A stretch of DNA of 60,475 nt. Source: Bacillota bacterium. GTDB taxonomy: Bacteria > Bacillota > Halanaerobiia > Halanaerobiales > DATFIM01. Made by a program: the position numbers and the translations under genes. Positions 1 to 7,119 of this stretch are shown here, piece by piece. Positions within the stretch are counted from its first letter, which is position 1. The number at the start of each line of letters is the position of its first letter. The notes under the pieces are model-generated. The model worked only from the letters and a program-made list of their open reading frames with translations, ran no database searches and was not told the origin of the DNA. The stretch lies in assembly GCA_051744825.1 (NCBI GenBank), contig JBNJDL010000001.1, positions 1-60,475 of the forward strand. Direction: 5' to 3'.

Positions 1-84
1 ACAATTACAATCATTATGTTTAGCTACTTTTTCAGAATACATCATTTGGCATTTTCTACATATATAATAATTTTTATTACTCAT
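1..84 (-). CDS. Small Cys-rich protein, N-terminal part only (ORF runs off the left edge)
   Basis: ATG at 84..82 overlaps the stop of 77..442 (GATGAGTAA). Reads MSNKNYYICRKCQMMYSEKVAKHNDCNC with CxxC and CxC pairs. Truncated by the window. Confidence 0.35.
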   Translation of the reverse strand, partial: MSNKNYYICRKCQMMYSEKVAKHNDCNC

Positions 85-442
85 CTTCCCACCTCACAGT
101 TTTTTTAGAATTGCTTTTTATTTTCATAATAAATAGCTTAAATTTTATATAACTTATAAATCCTAATATCATTCCTTTATTGTCAAACATAATTATATCA
201 GCATGGACTTTACAAAAGTCTTCATATCTATTTTTATATCTAATATAACTACCATTAAATAATTCATCTTCATATTCTATCATATTATATTCTTCAAATT
301 TTTCTTTAAATTTATTAAAATTACTCCAGCCATATTTTTCTGTATTATTTCTAACCATTGAAATATGAGTTAACCAATCTAAAATAATAAGTATAATACT
401 AGCAGCAATTAAACTTACTAATAAAACTAACATCGCTTCCAT
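77..442 (-). CDS. Hypothetical protein with N-terminal transmembrane helix
   Basis: ORF in the packed minus-strand gene train. Hydrophobic N-terminus MEAMLVLLVSLIAASIILIILDW. Stop and start are shared with neighbours. Confidence 0.6.
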   Translation of the reverse strand: MEAMLVLLVSLIAASIILIILDWLTHISMVRNNTEKYGWSNFNKFKEKFEEYNMIEYEDELFNGSYIRYKNRYEDFCKVHADIIMFDNKGMILGFISYIKFKLFIMKIKSNSKKTVRWEDE

Positions 443-717
443 TATTCTACCTCCTCATATAATGATTGACTTCTTCTTAAATCGCCATATAAAATTATTC
501 TCATTTCATCATCTATATCACCACTATATTTTTCTAAAAAGTTAACATCTTTTGGGGTGAATTTATAATTCTTGAATAAATATTTCCAAGCAGCTAATTC
601 TGTTTCAAAGCTTTTTTCAACTAATAATCTTTTTTGTTGATAATCATAATCCCAATAAACAACACTAATATCATTTGGATAATTCCTTACATATAATTTA
701 TATGGACTCCTTCTCAT
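442..717 (-). CDS. Hypothetical protein
   Basis: ORF abuts its neighbours with no gap. No recognisable motif. Confidence 0.6.
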   Translation of the reverse strand: MRRSPYKLYVRNYPNDISVVYWDYDYQQKRLLVEKSFETELAAWKYLFKNYKFTPKDVNFLEKYSGDIDDEMRIILYGDLRRSQSLYEEVE

Positions 718-1038
718 TTATACCTCCTCCAGGATTATTTTAACTTTATTTCTATCACGATAATGCCATTTTATAATATGTCTCTGATTATTTAATTTAT
801 TAATTATAGTCTCAGATCTAATCCCAAAATAATCAGCTTCATACTCAAAAGCTTCATCAAATAATCTGTTCCCGCTTTCCAATCCTATTAACTTTAATTC
901 ATTACGGCCAGTTTGAACTAACATATAAGCTATTTCTGTTCTTTCCCCGTAACTATCTTCCATTTCAAGTATAAAAATGTCACCGGCGTTTACTAATTCA
1001 GGCTTATTATTAATTTTCAATTTATTTTTAACTATCAT
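718..1038 (-). CDS. Hypothetical protein
   Basis: ORF in the co-directional gene train, immediately followed by the next start. Confidence 0.6.
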   Translation of the reverse strand: MIVKNKLKINNKPELVNAGDIFILEMEDSYGERTEIAYMLVQTGRNELKLIGLESGNRLFDEAFEYEADYFGIRSETIINKLNNQRHIIKWHYRDRNKVKIILEEV

Positions 1039-1050
1039 TTTATCAGCTCC

Positions 1051-1563
1051 TTAATATATTTTTATAACACCTTTTAACTTCTCATCTTTCAATTCTTTAA
1101 ATTCAATATCAAACCTAAAATCATCTAACATAACTCGATAATCTTTTCTATTTGTAAATTCAATATTCTCAAAATATTTATATATTTCTTTACTTCCAAA
1201 ATTAAACATTTTTAAATACAACCAACCTATTTTATTAATAGATTTTATTGGTCTAAATAAACCATCTTTTTGTGTTATCCAAGCAACCTCATCTGGCATT
1301 TCATAAAATACATCTGAAAGCCACAATGAAAAGTTAGCTTCTATTTTTACTTTGGATTGTAACATCTGTATGTATTGTTCTGCTGCTAATTCTACATCTT
1401 CTTCAACAGTTTTTTCTGTCCCAACAAAAATATTGTATTTATCATATTCTATATCAGGCTCAAAGAATTGTGATTTATTTTTTCTAACTGCACCAACCAT
1501 ATCATCATCATATTCAAATATGCCATCATTTTTAAGTTTTTTAATCAGATCAGCTTTATTCAT
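1051..1563 (-). CDS. Hypothetical protein
   Basis: The track ORF 1051..1668 is trimmed to the ATG at 1563 (MNKADLIKKL). That ATG is preceded by GGGAGGG and overlaps the stop of 1556..1783. Confidence 0.55.
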   Translation of the reverse strand: MNKADLIKKLKNDGIFEYDDDMVGAVRKNKSQFFEPDIEYDKYNIFVGTEKTVEEDVELAAEQYIQMLQSKVKIEANFSLWLSDVFYEMPDEVAWITQKDGLFRPIKSINKIGWLYLKMFNFGSKEIYKYFENIEFTNRKDYRVMLDDFRFDIEFKELKDEKLKGVIKIY

Positions 1564-1783
1564 TATATCCCTCCCAAAAATTTCTTTCATTATATAATAT
1601 GTCATTCTCAATAAGCCACTGTTCTGCAACTTCTTTTGTGGCTTTACATAACGGAATATTATAATCAATCATTAAATCCCAGATTTTATTAGCTGGATAA
1701 AAGTCTGACATTATTTCTTCTTTATTGTTTTCAAGTATTTCTAAAATATAATCATCGCCTGAATTATACCATTCTTTTAACAT
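1556..1783 (-). CDS. Hypothetical protein
   Basis: ORF in the gene train, adjacent to the stop of 1784..2059. Confidence 0.55.
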   Translation of the reverse strand: MLKEWYNSGDDYILEILENNKEEIMSDFYPANKIWDLMIDYNIPLCKATKEVAEQWLIENDILYNERNFWEGYNE

Positions 1784-2059
1784 TTATATCACCCCTTGAA
1801 GTTTTAATTCCCCAATAACAAAATCAATCTGTTCATCAGCCATTTCTTTATATTCTATAAAGTCTCTTACAAATTTAAATTTATTATCATGCCAACCTAT
1901 TAAGATTCCAGTTTGAGTTAATTCAATTTCAACTTCAGTTCTATAATTAGGGATTTTCAATTCCCAATCATCAAAAAAGTCTTTAAAATTCATTCTTCTA
2001 ACATGGATAATTCTGCCTTCATCAGCACTCATTAATTTTATCTTTTCTTCTCTATTCAT
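1784..2059 (-). CDS. Hypothetical protein
   Basis: ORF in the gene train with an AGGGGTGAA-type RBS region upstream. Confidence 0.6.
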   Translation of the reverse strand: MNREEKIKLMSADEGRIIHVRRMNFKDFFDDWELKIPNYRTEVEIELTQTGILIGWHDNKFKFVRDFIEYKEMADEQIDFVIGELKLQGVI

Positions 2060-2074
2060 TTAATTCACCCCTTT

Positions 2075-2485
2075 TTAATATTCTTGAGTATTTAGATATT
2101 CAACAGCGGCTTCTCTTAATTCTTCTAATCTTTCACCATCAAACAGATCTTCATCAAATATTTCTAAATGAGTATAAAATTCATCTTCAGTAAAATCATA
2201 ATAATTTGCTTTATCAACTAAATCTTCATATTCTTGCCAATAGTCTTCAAGCCATTCTTGGTCTAAAGTTTCAGCTACTTCACTTCTTAAGAATCCTATT
2301 AAATATTCATAGCCATTATGAAGGAATTGTTCAACTCCTCCATTATAAACTTGGCTTGTAAATCTGCTAACAGCAAAAGCTAATTTATCATTAAAATTGA
2401 GCTTCAAAAATTCATCTCTTTCCCAACCTACTTTTTCATCTTCATCCATCTTTTTAAGCCAATCATTTAATTCTTTTATTTCCAT
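2075..2485 (-). CDS. DMP19/DUF4375-like protein (possible DNA-mimic family)
   Basis: Motif FTSQVYNGGVEQFLHNGY resembles the NGG..QF..N signature of the DMP19 family. The start is set at the ATG at 2485, after GAGGTGAATAAA; the track start GTG lies inside the RBS. Confidence 0.4.
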   Translation of the reverse strand: MEIKELNDWLKKMDEDEKVGWERDEFLKLNFNDKLAFAVSRFTSQVYNGGVEQFLHNGYEYLIGFLRSEVAETLDQEWLEDYWQEYEDLVDKANYYDFTEDEFYTHLEIFDEDLFDGERLEELREAAVEYLNTQEY

Positions 2486-2507
2486 TTTATTCACCTCTTT
2501 TGAGTTT

Positions 2508-2573
2508 TAGGCTATCTCATCAGTCCAAGGAGCCTATCCCTTGAAGACTGGGAAATGAATACCCAGTTTCGAA
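2508..2573 (-). ncRNA. Hammerhead ribozyme motif, stem II-open (type II) permutation, copy 1
   Basis: Minus strand: UUC-GAAAC-UGGG(9-nt loop)CCCA-GUC / UUCAAGG-GAUAGGCU-CCUUGGA-CUGAUGAG-AUAGCCUA. All core boxes are present in the correct order. Loop I UAGGCU is complementary to the 3' tail AGCCUA. It starts right after the stop codon of 2574..2942. Confidence 0.7.
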
Positions 2574-2942
2574 TTAAAGAATAAACATTGAGAAGTATTT
2601 TTTAGTAACATTATCTTTATTATAACTAAATCTTATCAATCTATTAGCCTCATATTGTATCACTTCTAATTCATCAACTTTTATTTCCATATTTATATAT
2701 CCTGGATTTCCGCCACCAATATTTGTTTGAATAAATAATTCAATAAATCCCGTTTTAGTAGCTCTCACATCTATATTACTTATTTTTGTATTTTCTATCA
2801 TACCTTTTCGCATTCTAGCTTCTGGTGATTGAAATTGAATGAAATCAATCTCTCTTTCTGAATAATCACTTAAGAATTCTTTAATAGACAACGCTAACTC
2901 TTCAGCTTCTTCAAAATGCTTAGTTATTAATCTTTTTTTCAT
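2574..2942 (-). CDS. Hypothetical protein
   Basis: ORF with ATG at 2942 after AAGGAGTGGATAAA. The stop TAA at 2576..2574 directly abuts the hammerhead motif. Confidence 0.6.
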   Translation of the reverse strand: MKKRLITKHFEEAEELALSIKEFLSDYSEREIDFIQFQSPEARMRKGMIENTKISNIDVRATKTGFIELFIQTNIGGGNPGYINMEIKVDELEVIQYEANRLIRFSYNKDNVTKKYFSMFIL

Positions 2943-2975
2943 TTTATCCACTCCTTTTGATTTTTGAAATTTATT

Positions 2976-3284
2976 TTAAAGTCTTTCAACTTTTGTATTT
3001 GACTTTACATAAATATCACTTTTATCAATTACAGTTATAACTTTTATTGTATTTTTTGAGAATCCAAATATTATGCTTACTTCATTATCTTCATCTATTA
3101 AAGCAACATCTTCTTCTTCATTTTGTAATTCTTGAATCTTATCTTTGCCTAAGCTCAATAAATCAGAAGCTACCAAATATTCATCTATATTTCTTTGAGC
3201 CATTCTTTCTAGACTATGTTTTGTAGCTCTTATTGAATACATCTCTTTATTAATTTTAAGTGTTGTTAGTGATTTAGATTTCAT
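2976..3284 (-). CDS. DUF4258-like small protein (putative toxin-fold family)
   Basis: KHSLERMAQRNIDE resembles the H..ER..eRgI motif of DUF4258. It is the first gene after an early promoter. Confidence 0.3.
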   Translation of the reverse strand: MKSKSLTTLKINKEMYSIRATKHSLERMAQRNIDEYLVASDLLSLGKDKIQELQNEEEDVALIDEDNEVSIIFGFSKNTIKVITVIDKSDIYVKSNTKVERL

Positions 3285-3332
3285 TTTTTGTGCCTCCCTT
3301 TTTTAGTGCCTCTTTTGTTACTCTCTAATTAT

Positions 3333-3361
3333 ATTATATCACGTCTGGAGCCATTTGTAAA
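3333..3361 (-). promoter_or_regulatory. Early sigma70-type promoter, family 1 copy 1 (TTTACA-N17-TATAAT)
   Basis: Minus strand: GGGGTTTACAAATGGCTCCAGACGTGATATAATATAATTAGAGAG. The spacing was counted as exactly 17 nt. An A/T-rich UP-like tract lies upstream and a conserved leader downstream. Confidence 0.75.
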
Positions 3362-3402
3362 CCCCTAAAAGCAAATTAATTCAATTATTTTTAAATTATT
3401 TT

Positions 3403-3466
3403 TTAGTCTGTCTCATCAGTGATAAGGGACTAATCTTATCAGACTGGGATCTCTCCCAGTTTCGAC
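3403..3466 (-). ncRNA. Hammerhead ribozyme motif, type II permutation, copy 2
   Basis: Minus strand: GUC-GAAAC-UGGGA-GAGA-UCCCA-GUC / UGAUAAG-AUUAGUCC-CUUAUCA-CUGAUGAG-ACAGACUAA. Loop I UUAGUC pairs with the tail GACUAA. It lies between the stop of 3479..3964 and promoter 3333..3361. Confidence 0.7.
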
Positions 3467-3478
3467 TCTATGTATTTT

Positions 3479-3964
3479 TTAGTTATTATCTATAACTGTA
3501 ATCTCATCAGCATATCTGCTAATTATTTCAAAAGAAGTTGAGATTAATTCTGCTTTTTCTCTTATTATATTTTCAGGAACTGTTCTTGGTCTTTGAGCAT
3601 TTCTTTTAAGTGAAGTTTGAAGACTGACTTGGACATAAACTACTTCTGTTGTATATCCAGCTGATTGAAGTTCTACAATTCTTTTCACCATTTTTTCTGA
3701 GTTTGTTCCTGTGCCATCTATTATCATATTTTTATCATTTGCTATTGCGTTATATCTTTTCTTATTAGCTTGCTTCTTAGACCATTCATGAATTGCTGCA
3801 GGATTCTCTGGGTCATATTCAGGGTGTTGTTGTTTTTCTAAGTCAGGGTCAACCATTACATATTCTTCAACTTCAGTTTCAAAATCTCTATTTAAGATGT
3901 AAGATTTGCCAGCTCCAGGAAGTCCCATTGTTAAAATTGCGTGCTTTTCATTTCTTTTAGTCAT
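3479..3964 (-). CDS. P-loop kinase (zeta-toxin / AAA_33-like nucleotide or polynucleotide kinase family)
   Basis: Walker A GLPGAGKS. IIDGTGTN segment. About 160 aa in size. Confidence 0.55.
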   Translation of the reverse strand: MTKRNEKHAILTMGLPGAGKSYILNRDFETEVEEYVMVDPDLEKQQHPEYDPENPAAIHEWSKKQANKKRYNAIANDKNMIIDGTGTNSEKMVKRIVELQSAGYTTEVVYVQVSLQTSLKRNAQRPRTVPENIIREKAELISTSFEIISRYADEITVIDNN

Positions 3965-4030
3965 TTTAAAATCTCTCCTTTTGAGTTTTTGAGAATTTTT
4001 TTAATGCCTCTTTTGTTACCTTCTAATTAT

Positions 4031-4059
4031 ATTATATCGCAAATGAAGGGGTTTGTAAA
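4031..4059 (-). promoter_or_regulatory. Early promoter, family 1 copy 2
   Basis: Minus strand: GGGTTTACAAACCCCTTCATTTGCGATATAATATAATTAGAAGG, giving TTTACA-N17-TATAAT. Confidence 0.75.
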
Positions 4060-4097
4060 CCCTTTTTTGCAAGTTTTTTAAGTTTTTTTCAATTATT

Positions 4098-5174
4098 TTA
4101 AAAATATTTCCCAAATTTTAAATCAAAATATTCTTTAGCTATTTCTGGATTATCAGCTTCAAATTTTTCTAAGTATCTCCAAGCTGCACCTTTTCTGCCA
4201 CTTTTTAGTATTCCACCTTTCTTTCTGCTATAATCTCTAAAAGTCATTTTAGTAAAAAAGCTTGGCTGATTACACCAACTCGCTAGATTTACATACATTC
4301 CGCGATATAAACTATCTTCGTATTTTTTGTATCTCATTATATAAGGAAGGCTTTTGTTTTCACCTAAAATCCTAATTCTTTCAAATGTATTTTTAATATC
4401 ATTTTTCCAAAATTCTTTATCATATTTTTTATTTTTATCAAAAGCTGTTAATACATAAAACCTTAATCTATTATTATTATATTTTCGCCATAATTTTAAT
4501 TTATTTTCTATAATTTCCCTATCTTCTATATTATCAAAAGCAAATATAAAATTGCCCCTACTTTTACTATTATTTAATAAATAAATTATCTCTTCATTTA
4601 TCAACCTAAAATCTAATCCTTGCTTAAATTCATAAGGTTTCCCAGTATCTATTATATTATTAAAAATTTCAACTCTATTTTTATATCCTAAAAAATTATC
4701 ATCTAAAAATACAAAATATTTATTTTTCTTATCATCAAATTCTTCAAGACTACTCCACCTTTCTACTTTAGTTTTATTTCTATTAACACAAAATTCACAT
4801 TGTCTAAAGCAAAATCTAGTCAAAAATCCTATCGAATGATTTTTATAATATTTTCCATCAACATCTATATTATTATATAAATTATAATCTGGTTTATAAT
4901 GTTCAATCTCATCAGCTAAAAAATCTTTTTTATCATAATTAAAACCAGTCCCACCATAAAATATATTTTTATTATTTTTAAAATCTATTGGGATATTAGT
5001 TTTAGTAAATACTTTTGATAAGAATATTTTATCATAATTATCTACCTTATCATAATCATCAATAAGTTTTATTTTATATCCTTTATTTTTATAATAATTG
5101 CTAATCTTCATTAAAGCTAAATTTGGGAATCTAGTTCCTTTATCTAATAAATCAGAATCTATTAATCCAATCAT
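4098..5174 (-). CDS. Radical SAM enzyme (CxxxCxxC), unknown substrate
   Basis: FCFRQCEFCVN carries the canonical CX3CX2C cluster motif. The N-terminal segment looks like a Rossmann or B12-binding-like region. Confidence 0.6.
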   Translation of the reverse strand: MIGLIDSDLLDKGTRFPNLALMKISNYYKNKGYKIKLIDDYDKVDNYDKIFLSKVFTKTNIPIDFKNNKNIFYGGTGFNYDKKDFLADEIEHYKPDYNLYNNIDVDGKYYKNHSIGFLTRFCFRQCEFCVNRNKTKVERWSSLEEFDDKKNKYFVFLDDNFLGYKNRVEIFNNIIDTGKPYEFKQGLDFRLINEEIIYLLNNSKSRGNFIFAFDNIEDREIIENKLKLWRKYNNNRLRFYVLTAFDKNKKYDKEFWKNDIKNTFERIRILGENKSLPYIMRYKKYEDSLYRGMYVNLASWCNQPSFFTKMTFRDYSRKKGGILKSGRKGAAWRYLEKFEADNPEIAKEYFDLKFGKYF

Positions 5175-5761
5175 GATTCATACCTCCTAATTAATTCTAC
5201 AACTTTTTTATAATAATTTTCATTACCTGTAAATGAATTATAGTTTTGTCCTTTATTATATCTTATTATACTTAGCAATCTATCCCCTTTGTTATTAAGC
5301 CAAGCTAAAAATGATATAATATATTTGGCTTGTAATTTATCTGAATTTATTATTTCATAATCAGGAACTTCTTTAAATCCATAAATCTTATTTAACATAT
5401 CAATAGTAGTTTTACGCATTGAAATCCAACCTAAACTTTTGCCTTGATCTAAGCTTTTATAATTTACAAATCTAGTTTCATGCAATACAATAAAAAATGC
5501 ATCTTTCCAAAGTCTATGCGGGTGAATATCTGTTTCAAATTTAGTAGAATAATATTTTAAATAAAATACCCTATCGCCAGCTTGTTTTTCATTCATATCT
5601 TTTATTCCATTCCATTCCGCGAATTCTTTATTATAGTCTTCAGCTATATTAATAAAATAATTTATTGTATTTCTATCTTCAGCTTCCACTATTGAATAAA
5701 ACAAAATTGAAATCAAAAATGTTGTTAATAAAATTAATATAAATATTTTTAATAGTTTCAT
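5171..5761 (-). CDS. Secreted or membrane-anchored protein, weakly lytic-transglycosylase-like
   Basis: N-terminal hydrophobic signal or anchor. HETRF...GKSLGWISM is only loosely similar to the SLT E-S...G-L-M-Q motif. Confidence 0.3.
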   Translation of the reverse strand: MKLLKIFILILLTTFLISILFYSIVEAEDRNTINYFINIAEDYNKEFAEWNGIKDMNEKQAGDRVFYLKYYSTKFETDIHPHRLWKDAFFIVLHETRFVNYKSLDQGKSLGWISMRKTTIDMLNKIYGFKEVPDYEIINSDKLQAKYIISFLAWLNNKGDRLLSIIRYNKGQNYNSFTGNENYYKKVVELIRRYES

Positions 5762-5772
5762 TTAATCACTCC

Positions 5773-6279
5773 TTAAAATTTATTAAACAAAATCAACGCC
5801 ATTACAGTTTCTACTGAAATAGGCTCATAATTTATTAATTCAACAGAAACACAAAAATGATTATTATCTTTCCATTTACTATTTTCATAAAACAATCCAT
5901 GAATATGACCATGGATATTAATTTGATTATTTTCAACTTCAATTGGTCTATGAGTAAATATTATATTTTTATCGTATTCATATTTATCAAATGCATCTTC
6001 AAATCCCATTCTATCTAAAAGTTTAGTTCTTGATTGTTGATCATGATTTCCTATTATTAAATATTTTTTACCATTCAACTGATTAAAAATTTCAAATTGT
6101 TTTTCAGTATTAGTCAAGGCAAAATCTCCTAAATGATAAACTATGTCATCTTCTTTAACTTTTTTATTCCAATTATGAATTAATTTTTTATCCATTTCAT
6201 CTGCGTTTTTAAATGGTCTATTTTCATATTTAATTATATTCTCATGACCAAAATGTGTATCAGCTATTAACCATTCCAT
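5773..6279 (-). CDS. Calcineurin-like metallophosphoesterase
   Basis: ADTHFGH, GDF, GNHD and HGHIH motifs occur in order. The start is set at MEWLIAD (ATG 6279) after AAAGGGGATGAAAAA. Confidence 0.75.
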   Translation of the reverse strand: MEWLIADTHFGHENIIKYENRPFKNADEMDKKLIHNWNKKVKEDDIVYHLGDFALTNTEKQFEIFNQLNGKKYLIIGNHDQQSRTKLLDRMGFEDAFDKYEYDKNIIFTHRPIEVENNQINIHGHIHGLFYENSKWKDNNHFCVSVELINYEPISVETVMALILFNKF

Positions 6280-6327
6280 TTTTTCATCCCCTTTATGTAT
6301 TACAAGGAGGAATTTCACCTCCTCATT

Positions 6328-7092
6328 TTAAGCTTCTTTTAATTGCTCTTTTAAATATTGTTTTGCTCCATCTAAAATTAAACTTATATATTGATGAGAT
6401 TTATCTAACTCTTCAGCTATTTCTTGAAGATTTTTCTGCTCAGTATCTATCCCATAATATTTATATATAATCTTTTTCTGTAATTCCGGAAGCTTTTTTA
6501 TTTCTTTGGTTAATTTATCAAACAATTCTCTTTGTCTTACATAATCAAAATGAGTTTTATTATCTTTTGATATTACATCACCAGCTAATTCTATTATATA
6601 ATCATAAGATACTATCTCAGAAAATGTTTGTTCAATTAAAAGACATTTATCATAACTCAAATCACTATTCTCAGATATTAATTTTGGAGTAATTTCTTTA
6701 TTATGCCTATCTTTTAATTCATTTTTAACAGCATTATATTTATTTAATTCTTCAAACATATTTTCTGGTATTTTTATTTTTGTATCCCTATATCTTATTA
6801 TAGAATGTTTTATCCAAAAACTAGCATAAGTTGAGAATTTTACATTTCTATCTGAATCAAATTTATCTATAGCTTTAACTAAACCTAAATATCCTTGCTG
6901 AATTAAATCTTCTAAATTATTATTTACATTATATTTTTGAGCTATGCTAATTGCCATACTCATGCATGATTTAATTAATTTATCTTTAGCTTCTTTATCA
7001 CCTTCTTGGGCTTTTTTAGCTAATTCTATTTGGTCTGATTTATTTAAATTATTATATTCTCCAGCTTGTTTTTTATATTCTAAAATATCCAT
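6328..7092 (-). CDS. RNA polymerase sigma factor, sigma-70 family (regions 2-4)
   Basis: Region 2: YLGLVKAIDKFD...FSTYASFWIKHSI. Region 4 HTH: LQEIAEELDKSHQYISLI. Confidence 0.8.
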   Translation of the reverse strand: MDILEYKKQAGEYNNLNKSDQIELAKKAQEGDKEAKDKLIKSCMSMAISIAQKYNVNNNLEDLIQQGYLGLVKAIDKFDSDRNVKFSTYASFWIKHSIIRYRDTKIKIPENMFEELNKYNAVKNELKDRHNKEITPKLISENSDLSYDKCLLIEQTFSEIVSYDYIIELAGDVISKDNKTHFDYVRQRELFDKLTKEIKKLPELQKKIIYKYYGIDTEQKNLQEIAEELDKSHQYISLILDGAKQYLKEQLKEA

Positions 7093-7119
7093 TATTTCAC
7101 CGCCTCTATCAGCATTTTA

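Noticed and set aside
3501-3510. Additional CUGAUGAG strings on the minus strand (for example 3503..3510, about 10568..10575 and about 44492..44499)
   Set aside because: They fall inside coding frames or RBS-start junctions and lack the accompanying GAAAC, stem III hairpin and GUC elements.
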